Shown piece by piece: positions 29,504-41,585 of a stretch of 64,000 nt of DNA. Position numbers and translations under genes: made by a program. Where the stretch lies: contig JBAZSH010000001.1 of NCBI GenBank assembly GCA_041662545.1, forward strand, positions 46,813 to 110,812, given 5' to 3'. This DNA is from Minisyncoccota bacterium. Its GTDB lineage: Bacteria > Patescibacteriota > Minisyncoccia > Phycocordibacterales > DSPV01. Positions within the stretch are counted from its first letter, which is position 1. Each line of letters opens with the position of its first letter. A model generated the notes under the pieces. It searched no databases, was not told the DNA's origin, and was given only the letters and a program-made list of their open reading frames with translations.

Positions 29504-30712
29504 ATGCTTTTCAAATACCAAGCGATAAATAAAGACGGCCAACCAGAGCAAGGTGACATTGAAGCGATCAATCTGGAGGTGGCGATTTCTTCGCTTCAAC
29601 GCCGTGGCTTTACCTTATCTAAAATCGCGCCAGCCGAAAGCGGTTCTTTTTTCGCCAAAGATCTTTCTTTTTTTAATCGTGCTTCCAACAAAGACATTGT
29701 GATGTTGTCGCGTCAAATGTCCACGTTTTTTGAAGCTCAAGTTTCCGCTCTGCGAGTTTTTCGCTTATTGGCGGCTGAATCGGAAAAACCGGTTTTGCGC
29801 AAAACTTTGACTGAAGTTGCCGATGATCTACAAGGTGGCAGTTCCATGACCAAAGCATTAGCTAGGCATCCTAATGTCTTTTCTGAATTTTATGTCAGTA
29901 TGGTCAGGGCAGGCGAGGAATCGGGTAAATTGGATCAGACCCTATCTTATCTGGCTGATTATCTTGACCGCTCCTATGAAGTTACCTCCAAAGCTAAAAA
30001 TGCCATGATTTACCCAGCTTTTGTGGTCGTGGTTTTTATCGGCGTGATGGTTTTGATGCTGACTAAAATTATTCCTAGTATTACCCAGATTTTGAAGGAT
30101 TCGGGGCAGGAAATTCCAATTTCTACTAAAGCCGTGATTTTTATTAGCGATTTTTTGGTTAATTATGGTTTATTCTTTTTGCTGGCTATTATTGCTGGCG
30201 CGGCGCTGTTGTGGCGAATGACCCGGACACCCAATGGACGCCTCGCACTTTCTAAATTTAAACTTAAAATACCTTACCTTGGTAATCTCTATAAAAAACT
30301 TTATCTTTCTCGCATTGCTGATAATTTAAACACGATGTTGGCGAGCGCTATCCCCATTGTCAAAGCACTGGAAATTACTTCTTCAGTGGTTGGCGACGAG
30401 GTTTATCGGTCAATTCTTTATGAAGTTACCGATTCAGTTAAAGGTGGCAGTACACTTTCGGATGCTATGGGTCGTTATCCGGAAATTCCCAGTATTATGG
30501 TTCAGATGTCAAAAGTGGGCGAGGAATCTGGCGAACTTGGTACTATTCTGAAAACTTTAGCCAAATTTTATCAAAGGGAAGTTAGTAATGCGGTGGATGT
30601 GATGATTGGTTTAATTGAACCGGCAATGATTATCGCTTTGGCGGTGGGTGTTGGTATTCTGTTGACCTCGGTCCTAATGCCGATTTATGATATTGCTGGG
30701 GGAATCAATTAA
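29504..30712 (+). CDS. pilC: Type IV pilus platform protein PilC (GspF family)
   Basis: MVRAGEESGKLD, AMIYP, VGEESGEL, LIEP. Confidence 0.9.
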   Translation: MLFKYQAINKDGQPEQGDIEAINLEVAISSLQRRGFTLSKIAPAESGSFFAKDLSFFNRASNKDIVMLSRQMSTFFEAQVSALRVFRLLAAESEKPVLRKTLTEVADDLQGGSSMTKALARHPNVFSEFYVSMVRAGEESGKLDQTLSYLADYLDRSYEVTSKAKNAMIYPAFVVVVFIGVMVLMLTKIIPSITQILKDSGQEIPISTKAVIFISDFLVNYGLFFLLAIIAGAALLWRMTRTPNGRLALSKFKLKIPYLGNLYKKLYLSRIADNLNTMLASAIPIVKALEITSSVVGDEVYRSILYEVTDSVKGGSTLSDAMGRYPEIPSIMVQMSKVGEESGELGTILKTLAKFYQREVSNAVDVMIGLIEPAMIIALAVGVGILLTSVLMPIYDIAGGIN

Positions 30713-30812
30713 CAATGATTTATCCACAGGCGATTTGCTTGCTATTTATAAGGGTTTGGTATAATAGGAGGGTCGAAAAAATTAGTAGTTTTTATAATTT
30801 AATTTTTATTCA

Positions 30813-31175
30813 ATGAAAAATAAAGGTTTTACGCTTATAGAGCTTTTGGTGGTTATCGCGATTATTGGTATCTTGTCTTCAGTCGTGCTCGCGAGTTTGA
30901 ATAGTGCTAGACAGAAAGCGAAAGATGCGGCATTTAAAGCAGAATCACGCGGTATAGTTGCTGGTCTAATTAGTAAGTGCGATGACGGTGCCATTGTGCA
31001 AACAGATTTGGGCAGTCCTTTCACTTATGCTCCTGCGACTGCTTTTGCTACTATATCTCAAAGTTGCGGTCAAACTGGCACCGGTATTTGGAGTATGACT
31101 CTTACTGCCACCAACGGAGCTACTGCGGCCACAGATGTAGCTACTTGCAATCAAGGTGGTTGTACTTGGAACTGA
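30813..31175 (+). CDS. Type IV pilin (likely major pilin)
   Basis: [22 protein letters not shown] prepilin motif; own promoter (TATAAT 30760) and terminator. Confidence 0.9.
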   Translation: MKNKGFTLIELLVVIAIIGILSSVVLASLNSARQKAKDAAFKAESRGIVAGLISKCDDGAIVQTDLGSPFTYAPATAFATISQSCGQTGTGIWSMTLTATNGATAATDVATCNQGGCTWN

Positions 31176-31214
31176 CGAAATTTTCCATAGTCTTCGGCAA
31201 GGCAAGGTTTTGAC

Positions 31215-31252
31215 AAAGCAGACCCCCCGATCTCGGGGGGTTTTGTTTTTTG
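31215..31252 (+). terminator. Intrinsic terminator after the pilin gene
   Basis: ACCCCCCGA-TC-TCGGGGGGT followed by a T-rich tract. Confidence 0.7.
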
Positions 31253-31284
31253 CCAAAAGAAAATAAGTGGAGTATAATGGTGAT

Positions 31285-31719
31285 ATGAAAAAAAATGGAT
31301 TTACATTGATGGAACTTTTGGTGGTAATTGCCATCATTGGTATTTTATCTTCCATTGTAATTGCCAGTATGACTTCCGCGCGCCAGAAGGCGCGGGACAC
31401 TAAGCGGATTTCGGATGTTAAGCAACTCCAACTGGCTCTGGCGCTTTATGCTGATGCTAATAGCAATCATTATCCAACGACTCTTGGTGGTTTGGAGACA
31501 ATTTATATTCAAAAAGTTCCCAGCGGTACTTTCTTTTACGCCGCGCTGGCTTCGGTGGCTAACGGCACCCCGTGTATTAGTTATCACTTGGGTTCTACTT
31601 TGGAAGTGACTAATAATTCTGCTTTGTTGGACGACAGTGATGCTTCCGCTGGTAACAAATGCTCCGGTAGTGCCAATGATTTTGCCGGCACCGATCCAGT
31701 TTTTGATGTGAAGCCATAA
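31285..31719 (+). CDS. Type IV pilin / GspG-like pseudopilin
   Basis: [41 protein letters not shown]. Confidence 0.88.
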   Translation: MKKNGFTLMELLVVIAIIGILSSIVIASMTSARQKARDTKRISDVKQLQLALALYADANSNHYPTTLGGLETIYIQKVPSGTFFYAALASVANGTPCISYHLGSTLEVTNNSALLDDSDASAGNKCSGSANDFAGTDPVFDVKP

Positions 31720-31726
31720 GGAGGTT

Positions 31727-33354
<1,628 letters not shown>

Positions 33355-34284
33355 TTAGACATTAGCAATTTCTAATAATTCTTTGGTAATTTTTGCTTGG
33401 CGGGCTTTGTTGTAGGACAGGGTTAGTTCTTCAACTAATTCTACGGCATTTTGGGAAGCGTTTTTCATTGCGACCATTCGGGAAGAATGTTCCGAAGCGT
33501 TGGCTTCCAAAATAATCTGATGAGTTTCCACATAAAAAAGATGGGGTAGAAGCTGACGCAAAACTTGTTCGGCTGACGGTTCAAAAATATATGGCAAGTT
33601 GTCAGTGGTCAAGCCAAGAGCATTAGGAATACCAGAATAACGACCGCGCAAAGGGACGGTGTTTTTGACGATTTCTTCCAGAGTTTTTTCAGAAAAAGGC
33701 AGAAGTGAACGCGTTAAAACTTCCTGTTTTAAAACCGAAAGAAAATTGGTAAAGATGAAGACTACCTGATCGGTTTTTTCTTCGGCGAAGAGTTGTTCCA
33801 AAAATTTAGCAATCGGTTCGGTTTCGTTTAATTTTGCTAAATCACCGATACCTTCAAAATGTTTTAGAATACTTTTCTTTGCATATTCAAAATGGCTTTT
33901 GGCTTTTTTACCGACGGAAATTATTTGGATTTCTGTATTGGCCGGCGCGTTTTTGATAAATTCTTCGGCTCGGCGCAAAACATTGCTGTTAAACGCGCCG
34001 GCCAAACCTTTATCGGAAGTGACGACTATCAAAGCAATTTTTGTAACTGGTCGTTGAGCGAGTAGGGGAGACAATGTTGCCAAATCAGTTTCAGTTCGCA
34101 AACTGGCTGACCCGCTTAAATTTTTGAGGATTTGCAAAGCCGCTAAAGCGTAGGGTCGGGTAGCGAGCGCCGCTTGTTCACTTTTCCTCATTTTGACTGC
34201 CGCTACTGCCTCCATTGCTTTCGTTATCTGTTTGATGTTCTTGGTGGCAACAATTCTATTTTTTATTTCTCGCTCGTTTGCCAT
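33355..34284 (-). CDS. atpG: ATP synthase F1 gamma subunit
   Basis: QITKAME, TSDKGLAGAFN, ASEHSSRMVAM, YNKARQAKIT; ATG overlaps the atpA stop. Confidence 0.95.
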   Translation of the reverse strand: MANEREIKNRIVATKNIKQITKAMEAVAAVKMRKSEQAALATRPYALAALQILKNLSGSASLRTETDLATLSPLLAQRPVTKIALIVVTSDKGLAGAFNSNVLRRAEEFIKNAPANTEIQIISVGKKAKSHFEYAKKSILKHFEGIGDLAKLNETEPIAKFLEQLFAEEKTDQVVFIFTNFLSVLKQEVLTRSLLPFSEKTLEEIVKNTVPLRGRYSGIPNALGLTTDNLPYIFEPSAEQVLRQLLPHLFYVETHQIILEANASEHSSRMVAMKNASQNAVELVEELTLSYNKARQAKITKELLEIANV

Positions 34285-35822
34285 TAGATTTTTTTCCAAT
34301 AATTTTTAAGGAAGTCAGCGCAGGCATCTTTGAGGGAATTTTCGGTCTCTGGTTTGAGTTCGGTGGATTCGCGGATTTCTTTTACTAAGGCGGATTTTTG
34401 TCGGCTTAAATATGCCAAAAATTCTTTTTCGAATTTCGGCACTTCGGCAATGGCCACAGTGTCTAGAAAACCATTAACGGCGGCGAAAATAGAAGCCACT
34501 TCTTCTTCAAATGGCATATTTATAAACTGCGGTTGTTTCAAAAGTTCTGTTAGCCGAGCGCCTCGGTCAATTTTCTTTTTTGTTTCTGGATCTAAATCTT
34601 GACCAAATTGGGCGAAAGCTGCTAATTCGCGGAATTGTGCCAACTCCAAACGCAAAGTGCCGGCGACCTTTTTCATTGCCTTGGTTTGCGCCGCTGAGCC
34701 GACGCGCGAAACAGAAAGTCCAACATTGACTGCTGGTCGAATACCTTGATAGAAAAGTGAGGACTCCAAATAAATTTGACCGTCAGTGATGGAAATAACA
34801 TTGGTGGGAATGTAGGCGGAAATGTCGCCCAGTTGAGTTTCAATAATCGGCAAAGCGGTCAGCGAACCGCCACCGTAATTTTTATTTAATTTTGCCGCTC
34901 GTTCCAGCAAGCGCGAGTGCAGATAAAAAATGTCACCGGGATAGGCCTCGCGACCCGGTGGTCGGCGCAACAAAAGGGAAATTTGTCGGTAAGCGGCGGC
35001 GTGTTTGGACAAATCGTCATAAATTACCAAAGCATCTTTACCTTGAGCCATAAAATATTCGCCGATGGCAACGCCGGCATAGGGCGCGAGGTATTGGAGA
35101 GCGGCACCACTGCCGGCGCCGGCCGCCACCACTATTGTGTATTTCATCGCGCCGGTTTTTTTCAAGTGTTCAACGGTTTGAGCAACTTTAGAATCTTTTT
35201 GACCAATGGCAACATAAACGCAAATTGGTGTGCCGAAGCGAAGGTCTTTGCCTTGATTAACAATGGTATCAATGGCGATGGTGCTTTTACCAGTTTGTCG
35301 GTCGCCAATAATTAATTCTCGCTGACCTCGGCCGATGGGAATCATACCATCAATGGCTTTGATGCCAGTTTGCAGAGGCACTTTAACTGACTCACGGGTG
35401 ATGACACCGGGCGCGATTTTTTCCAAAGGACAATACTTTGTTCCGCTGTCATTTATTGAGAGTGCCGGCCCCCCGTCAATTGGTTCACCCAAAGGATTAA
35501 CTACTCGGCCGATAATTTTTTCTGACACCGGAATGGATAAAACTTTTCCAGTGCTTTTGACCGTCTGGCCTTCTTTGATTACCAGAGCGTTGCCTAAAAT
35601 TACCACACCAACTGAATCTTCTTCCAAGTTTAGAGCTAAACCTTTGGTGTTTTCTTTACCCTCAAACTCTAACAATTCTGAATACTGGACATTACTTAAA
35701 CCATGGACAATTGCTACGCCGTCACCGACTTTGGCAACCGTGCCGATATGAGCCACCGCTGGGCCAGCGCGCAAGCCCCTAATTTCATTTTTTAATTCTT
35801 CTAGAATGTTTTGTTTTTCCAT
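34284..35822 (-). CDS. atpA: ATP synthase F1 alpha subunit
   Basis: [34 protein letters not shown]. Confidence 0.97.
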   Translation of the reverse strand: MEKQNILEELKNEIRGLRAGPAVAHIGTVAKVGDGVAIVHGLSNVQYSELLEFEGKENTKGLALNLEEDSVGVVILGNALVIKEGQTVKSTGKVLSIPVSEKIIGRVVNPLGEPIDGGPALSINDSGTKYCPLEKIAPGVITRESVKVPLQTGIKAIDGMIPIGRGQRELIIGDRQTGKSTIAIDTIVNQGKDLRFGTPICVYVAIGQKDSKVAQTVEHLKKTGAMKYTIVVAAGAGSGAALQYLAPYAGVAIGEYFMAQGKDALVIYDDLSKHAAAYRQISLLLRRPPGREAYPGDIFYLHSRLLERAAKLNKNYGGGSLTALPIIETQLGDISAYIPTNVISITDGQIYLESSLFYQGIRPAVNVGLSVSRVGSAAQTKAMKKVAGTLRLELAQFRELAAFAQFGQDLDPETKKKIDRGARLTELLKQPQFINMPFEEEVASIFAAVNGFLDTVAIAEVPKFEKEFLAYLSRQKSALVKEIRESTELKPETENSLKDACADFLKNYWKKI

Positions 35823-35830
35823 TTTAATTT

Positions 35831-36202
35831 TTAACTGATGACCTGTTTCAAATTTTCCAATCGTCCCTTGATACTATTATCAATTCTCATATCGCCGATT
35901 TGGATAATTGCACCGGCGATAAGTGATTGGTCGGTGTGCCAAGCCAACTCCACTTTTTTGCCACTGATTTTTTCCGGGAAGATTGGTTGGTTTTTTTCTG
36001 CTGTTGAGATTTTTACTTTAATCACATTTTCTTTTTGCAGGCGAATGTTTTCAAAATGCCGTTCAATATCACTTAACATTCTAGCCGCTCCTATTTTTTG
36101 AATGTAAGTGGCGAAGTGGACGAGGGTTTGTTTGTGCGCTTCCGGTTTTTCGGCTAGAAGCTCATACAAAGCGGTAGCAAGTTGTTTGGGGGAGTACCTC
36201 AT
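35831..36202 (-). CDS. atpH: ATP synthase delta subunit (short)
   Basis: C-terminal [26 protein letters not shown]; position between atpF and atpA. Confidence 0.8.
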   Translation of the reverse strand: MRYSPKQLATALYELLAEKPEAHKQTLVHFATYIQKIGAARMLSDIERHFENIRLQKENVIKVKISTAEKNQPIFPEKISGKKVELAWHTDQSLIAGAIIQIGDMRIDNSIKGRLENLKQVIS

Positions 36203-36693
36203 ATTTTACTGATAGCTTCTTTTTCTAATTTTTCTTGGACTTTCTTATCCAACACATCCCCCAAACTTTTCTCTATTGCTAGGGCCACCGTTGTGCCGAT
36301 TTCTTGTTTAAGCTCGCGTCGTAATTTTACTCGGTCTTCCTCTATGGTTTGTCGGCCGGCGGCGATAGTTTTTTCTGCTTCTTTTTTGGCTTCCATTACC
36401 AGCGATTCTTTTAATTCTTTGCCGGTTTTTTCTGTTTCTTTCAATAATTCTTGACCGCGTTTTCTGGCTTCGGCGAGAATTTTTTCTTCTTTAGCTGTTG
36501 TCGCTTGGATTTTTTGTTCAAGTCCCACAGCGCGTTCGGCGTCGGCCTCAATTTTTTTTCGTCTTTTTTCTAGAAGTTCCAACAATGGCCGATAAAGTAA
36601 CCAGCGCAAAACAAAAACTAAAATGCCGAAGTTTATAAGCTGGGCAATTAAAATTTTCCAATTTATTCCTAGTTCAGATAATAGCGCACTCAT
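36199..36693 (-). CDS. atpF: ATP synthase F0 subunit b
   Basis: AQLINFGIL..L.WLLYRPL...LEKR plus coiled coil. Confidence 0.9.
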   Translation of the reverse strand: MSALLSELGINWKILIAQLINFGILVFVLRWLLYRPLLELLEKRRKKIEADAERAVGLEQKIQATTAKEEKILAEARKRGQELLKETEKTGKELKESLVMEAKKEAEKTIAAGRQTIEEDRVKLRRELKQEIGTTVALAIEKSLGDVLDKKVQEKLEKEAISKI

Positions 36694-36707
36694 TTTTAGA
36701 AATTCAT

Positions 36708-36745
36708 AAAGGTTGAACCTTTCTTTTCCGCAAGGTTCAACCTTT
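36708..36745. repeat. 14-bp inverted repeat made of two self-palindromic arms (REP-like)
   Basis: AAAGGTTGAACCTT-10 nt-AAGGTTCAACCTTT. Confidence 0.8.
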
Positions 36746-36751
36746 TTATCT

Positions 36752-37018
<267 letters not shown>

Positions 37019-37107
37019 TTAATTGATAAAAAAAGAATGACCTCAAAAAGGGTCGATGAAAATATCATAGCAAGCGCTGACGCCGAACGCAAATTTTTTA
37101 GTGGATT

Positions 37108-37851
37108 TTAATGAGCTGGTTTTTGGGTGGCGGAGGCGAGGAAAATCATCGCCAAAACAGCGAAAATTAGAGCTTGAATGAAGCCGACAAAAAGTTCTAG
37201 TGCCAAAAAAGGCGCCGGCACGATATATGGAACGAGAAAGGCGATGATAATCAGTAAAACTTCTCCGGCGAAAACATTCCCAAATAACCGAAAAGAAAAA
37301 GAAAGAATTTTTGCAAATTCACTGATGGCTTCCAAGACGCCAACAAAAAAAGCAATGGGACTTTTGAAGGAAATAAATTTGCCGAGATGATGTTTGGCGC
37401 CGATGGAAATAAAACCGACAATATGACTCATCACCACAACAACTAAAGCCAAGGCCAGCGTCATTGCCAGGTCGGCATTGGCGGAGCGAAGTAGGGGAAT
37501 GAATTCAGTTTCGCCGCTGTGATTTTGAAATAGGCCGATGGAACCGAAGCCGGGCAAAATTCCCATCCAGTTGGCGGTTAACACAAAGAGGAAAATTGTG
37601 GCCACGACGGGGAAGAAACGAATAGCAGTTTCGCGACCGCCGGCGAGGGTGGACATAAAATCCAAAACTGCTTCTATCACCGCTTCTATCGCGTTTTGGA
37701 ATTTACCCGGAATTTCTTTAAGATTTTTAGAAAAAATAAAAGCCAGAGTAATCAAAACTATCATCGTCAGCCATGAGGCGATTAGGGTGTTGGTGATAGG
37801 GAAACCAGCAATATAAGTAATGGTTTCGGAAGTGATTGAAATCGGTGTCAT
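37108..37851 (-). CDS. atpB: ATP synthase F0 subunit a
   Basis: ANWMGILPG, SFSFRLFGNVFAGE, LELFVGFIQALIF. Confidence 0.95.
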   Translation of the reverse strand: MTPISITSETITYIAGFPITNTLIASWLTMIVLITLAFIFSKNLKEIPGKFQNAIEAVIEAVLDFMSTLAGGRETAIRFFPVVATIFLFVLTANWMGILPGFGSIGLFQNHSGETEFIPLLRSANADLAMTLALALVVVVMSHIVGFISIGAKHHLGKFISFKSPIAFFVGVLEAISEFAKILSFSFRLFGNVFAGEVLLIIIAFLVPYIVPAPFLALELFVGFIQALIFAVLAMIFLASATQKPAH

Positions 37852-37854
37852 AAA

Positions 37855-38067
37855 TTAAAAAAGTTTCTGGACTTTCTTGAGGATGATAATAGTTGAGATA
37901 ATAATCGCCAGAAGCGATCCTGTCAAAAGGAAAATTGGGCTGGCGTGAAAAATTTTGTCAGCCCAACGACCCAAGAGCGCTAAGCCAACTAATGGCAAAG
38001 CGATGGTCCAACCGACCTCAAAGGCCAGTGGCAAAAGTTTTTGTTCTTTGCTTTTTTTGTTTTCCAT
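37855..38067 (-). CDS. AtpZ/AtpI-like small membrane protein
   Basis: Two TM helices, IALPLV..LGRWADK; first gene of atp operon. Confidence 0.75.
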   Translation of the reverse strand: MENKKSKEQKLLPLAFEVGWTIALPLVGLALLGRWADKIFHASPIFLLTGSLLAIIISTIIILKKVQKLF

Positions 38068-38104
38068 GCTGGAATTATACCATTTTTAGCGCTATACTGC
38101 CGAA

Positions 38105-38911
38105 ATGAAAATTTTGGATGGGAAAATCATCGGAGATGAAATTTTGGCGCGGTTGAAAGCGGAATTTGCCAAATTGTCCGGCATTACCAAGTTGGCGATT
38201 ATTCAAGTTGGTAACCGTGCCGATTCTACCACCTATATCCGCCAAAAAAAGATTTTTGCCGAAAAAGTCGGTGTGGTGGCGGAACTTTTTCAATTTCCCG
38301 AAGATTGTTCGGCCAAAGAGATTCTAGAAAAAATTAGTGTTTTAAATTCTGACGAAAATATTCACGGCATTATTGTTCAGTTGCCTTTGCCGACGAGTTT
38401 TAATTATGCTGAAATTATTGAAGTCATTAATCCTAGTAAAGATGTGGATGGTCTGACGGCAGAAAATTTTCGGCGGTTAGCGGCAGGGGATTTGGAGGGT
38501 TTAATTCCAGCAACTGCTAAAGGGGTTCTGAAAATTTTGGATTATTATAAAATTCCAATTACTGGCCAGCGAGCGACCGTAATCGGTCGCTCGCGCTTGG
38601 TCGGCAAACCGGTGGCGCTGATGTTAAAGGCGCGTGGCGCGATTGTTACGGTTTGTCATCGGGAAACAAAAGATCCAGCGGTTATTGCTAAAAAGGCTGA
38701 CATTTTGGTCAGCGCCGCCGGCCAAAGAAATTTGATTGACAAAGATTTTGTTTCTCCTAACCAAACACTAATTGACATTGGTAATGATGTGGATTTTGAG
38801 GCGGTTAAAGACATTGTTGGGGCGATTACACCGACGCCCGGCGGCGTTGGTCCTATGACCGTTGCTTGTCTGTTTGAAAATTTACTAAAAGCGCGTATAA
38901 TAAATGAGTAA
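38105..38911 (+). CDS. folD: Methylenetetrahydrofolate dehydrogenase/cyclohydrolase
   Basis: HGIIVQLPLP, KDVDGL, VIGRSRLVGKP, ITPTPGGVGPMT. Confidence 0.93.
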   Translation: MKILDGKIIGDEILARLKAEFAKLSGITKLAIIQVGNRADSTTYIRQKKIFAEKVGVVAELFQFPEDCSAKEILEKISVLNSDENIHGIIVQLPLPTSFNYAEIIEVINPSKDVDGLTAENFRRLAAGDLEGLIPATAKGVLKILDYYKIPITGQRATVIGRSRLVGKPVALMLKARGAIVTVCHRETKDPAVIAKKADILVSAAGQRNLIDKDFVSPNQTLIDIGNDVDFEAVKDIVGAITPTPGGVGPMTVACLFENLLKARIINE

Positions 38912-38935
38912 AAATTATTAAGTAACTTTATTTTT

Positions 38936-39739
38936 ATGGACAACAATACTTGTGCAAAATGTTGTGACGGTAAGATGAAAACATGGCTTTTGGTTTTCGT
39001 TATTATCGTTTCAGTATTTTTTGCCGGTAAGGCGATTAAGGAATTAAAAGCTATTGGTTATGTTGGTAAGGCACTTTCCCCGACGGCAACCATCTCGGTT
39101 TCAGGCGAAGGTGAAGTGCTGACCAAACCGGACATTTCCACCTTTTCTTTTACCGTTGAAATGGAATCATTGAATGTTGCCGAAGCTCAATCTGGAGCGG
39201 CAGAAACCGTAAATGACATTTTGGCGCAGTTGAAGAAATTAGGTGTAGCGGAAAAAGATGTTAAAACGCTCGGTTATAATATTTATCCGCGTTATGAATA
39301 TATTTCCTACGGCGTAACTTATGAATATTATCCACCCAATGGTGGCACTCGAACGCTGGCTGGTTATGTTGTTAGTCAAACGATTGAAGTAAAAGTGCGC
39401 AAGATAGAAGATGCCGGTAAAATTATTTCTAGTATTGGAGAAATGGGCGCTAGTAATTTGAGCGGACTTTCTTTTTCGGTAGACCAGGCAGACGAATTCA
39501 AGGCCGAAGCGCGTAAGGCGGCGATTGCCGATGCTCAAAGTAAGGCGAAAATTTTAGCAAAAGATTTGGGTGTGACTTTGGTGAGAGTAACCAGTTTTTC
39601 CGAGTCGGGCAATTATCCTGGTCCAATTTATTACGCCAAAGCGGAAGCTGTGGGTATGGGTGGTGGTTCAACGCCGGAAGTGCCATCGGGGGAAAATCGC
39701 ATTGTGTCTAATGTAACGATTATTTACGAAATCAGGTAG
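38936..39739 (+). CDS. SIMPL (DUF541/BP26) domain protein
   Basis: ISVSGEGEV..KPD, YNIYPRYEY, ARKAAIADAQSKA..LA. Confidence 0.85.
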   Translation: MDNNTCAKCCDGKMKTWLLVFVIIVSVFFAGKAIKELKAIGYVGKALSPTATISVSGEGEVLTKPDISTFSFTVEMESLNVAEAQSGAAETVNDILAQLKKLGVAEKDVKTLGYNIYPRYEYISYGVTYEYYPPNGGTRTLAGYVVSQTIEVKVRKIEDAGKIISSIGEMGASNLSGLSFSVDQADEFKAEARKAAIADAQSKAKILAKDLGVTLVRVTSFSESGNYPGPIYYAKAEAVGMGGGSTPEVPSGENRIVSNVTIIYEIR

Positions 39740-39787
39740 TTTTTTGGTGGAGTTGACTTTTTTGGGGGTTAGAGTAATATTTTTCCA

Positions 39788-39970
39788 TTGAAAATAGTTG
39801 AATATATCAAAGAAACCAGAAGCGAAATGAAACATGTCAGCTGGCCCACGCGCCGGCAGACCACCGCCTTTACGGCGATTGTTATTGCCATTTCCGTTTT
39901 TGTGGCGGTGCTACTTGGTTTTTTTGATTATCTTTTTACTTTAGGAATTGAGAAATTCATTTTGAAATAA
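39788..39970 (+). CDS. secE: Preprotein translocase subunit SecE
   Basis: [13 protein letters not shown] plus TM helix; upstream of nusG. Confidence 0.92.
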   Translation: MKIVEYIKETRSEMKHVSWPTRRQTTAFTAIVIAISVFVAVLLGFFDYLFTLGIEKFILK

Positions 39971-39971
39971 T

Positions 39972-40517
39972 ATGTCTAGGCAAAACATTACGGGTGAACG
40001 ACATTGGTATGCCATTCACACCTATGCCGGTTATGAGAACGCAGTGGCGCGTAATTTGAAACAGCGCATTGAATCGTTGGGTATGGAAGACAGAATTTTT
40101 AATGTGGTTGTGCCGACTGAAAAAAAAATCAAAATCAAAGCGAGCAAACGGGTTGAAGAAGAAGAAAAAATTTACCCGGGTTATGTTTTAGTAGAAATGG
40201 TGGTGACGGACGATTCTTGGTATGTTGTTCGTAATACGCCGCGGGTAACCGGTTTTGTTGGTAGTGGTGTTCACCCGGTGCCATTGGGAAAAAAAGAAAT
40301 TGATGAACTATTTCGTCGAATGAATGCTGACACACCCAAACACAATATGGACTTGGAAGTGGGTGATCAAGTGACGATTGTTGATGGTCCGTTTAAGGAA
40401 TTGGATGGTAAAGTATCGGAGGTAGACAATGAACGGGGTAAGGTTAAAGTGTTGGTGTCTATGTTTGGTCGCGAAACACCGGTGGAATTAGATTTTCTTC
40501 AAATCAAAAAGATTTAA
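39972..40517 (+). CDS. nusG: Transcription termination/antitermination factor NusG
   Basis: [35 protein letters not shown] domain [14 protein letters not shown]. Confidence 0.96.
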   Translation: MSRQNITGERHWYAIHTYAGYENAVARNLKQRIESLGMEDRIFNVVVPTEKKIKIKASKRVEEEEKIYPGYVLVEMVVTDDSWYVVRNTPRVTGFVGSGVHPVPLGKKEIDELFRRMNADTPKHNMDLEVGDQVTIVDGPFKELDGKVSEVDNERGKVKVLVSMFGRETPVELDFLQIKKI

Positions 40518-40528
40518 ACTTTAAAATT

Positions 40529-40951
40529 ATGGCTAAAAAAATTGCGAGACAATTAAAAATGACTATCGCTGGAGGTAAGGCAACGCCAGCACCACCGATT
40601 GGTCCGGCTTTGGGTCAGGCAAAAGTTAACATCGGCGAGTTCATTACTCGTTTTAATGAAGGCACAAAAAAAATGATGGGGGAGTTGGTGCCGGTTGTCG
40701 TTACGGTCTATGAAGATAAATCGTTTGAATTAGCTTTTAAGACCACGCCGGCCACCGCTTTGATTTTGAAAGCGGCCGGCAAAGAAAAAGGTTCTGGCAA
40801 AAATACAGTAAGTAAAGCTGGCTCTATTACCAAGGCTCAAGCCCGAGAAATTGCCGAGAAAAAATTACCTGATTTGACCGCTAACGATATAGACGCCGCG
40901 ACAAAAATCATTGAAGGTTCAGCGCGATCTATGGGGGTGGAAGTAAAGTAG
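40529..40951 (+). CDS. rplK: 50S ribosomal protein L11
   Basis: GKATPAPPIGPALGQ, IEGSARSMGVEV. Confidence 0.96.
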   Translation: MAKKIARQLKMTIAGGKATPAPPIGPALGQAKVNIGEFITRFNEGTKKMMGELVPVVVTVYEDKSFELAFKTTPATALILKAAGKEKGSGKNTVSKAGSITKAQAREIAEKKLPDLTANDIDAATKIIEGSARSMGVEVK

Positions 40952-40985
40952 CGCGAAAAAATTTTTGTATTCTTTCGCGCTTTTA
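40950..40985. terminator. Hairpin between convergent rplK and efp
   Basis: AGCGCGAAA...TTTCGCGCT followed by TTT. Confidence 0.5.
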
Positions 40986-41543
40986 AACTCGTTCCACATA
41001 CTCTCCGGTTTCGGTGTTGATGCGGATGGTGTCACCCTCGTTGATGAAAAGTGGGGTGTTGACTTCAGCGCCAGTTTCTAATTTTACGGTTTTAGATGCG
41101 CCCTTGGAAGTGTCGCCCTTAACGGCCGGTGGCGCTTCTGTCACTTTCAGTTCTACTTTAATCGGTAATTTAACGCCGATAACTTTCTCATCAAAAGTCC
41201 GAAGCTCAACAATTGCATTAGTTTTCAAAAATTTTCCACCCTCGCCGATTTGAGCGATTTCTAGTTTGAATCGGTTGGCAGGATTATTCGGTTCGCAAAA
41301 CCACCATTCATCACGATTATTGTATAAATATTTTGCTTCTTTTTTCTGTAGATCAGCCTCGGCCATTTTGTCCTGCTGGTGAAAGGTATAATCGGTGGTT
41401 TTGCCAGTAATAAGATTTTTAAGTTTGGTCTGATTGACCGGCTTGCGTTGTTGCATGCGAAAAATATGGGCGTCCAATACCTCATAGGGCGCGCCATCCA
41501 AGACAATAAATTTTTTCGGTAGAATTTCGTTGTAGTTCAACAT
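40983..41543 (-). CDS. efp: Translation elongation factor P
   Basis: KLKNLITG, PPAVKGDT, KLETGAEV.TPLFINEGD.IRINTETGEYVER. Confidence 0.92.
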   Translation of the reverse strand: MLNYNEILPKKFIVLDGAPYEVLDAHIFRMQQRKPVNQTKLKNLITGKTTDYTFHQQDKMAEADLQKKEAKYLYNNRDEWWFCEPNNPANRFKLEIAQIGEGGKFLKTNAIVELRTFDEKVIGVKLPIKVELKVTEAPPAVKGDTSKGASKTVKLETGAEVNTPLFINEGDTIRINTETGEYVERV

Positions 41544-41585
41544 GGTTCGGTATCTTACCAAAATATCACCCTTCAGGCAAATTTT

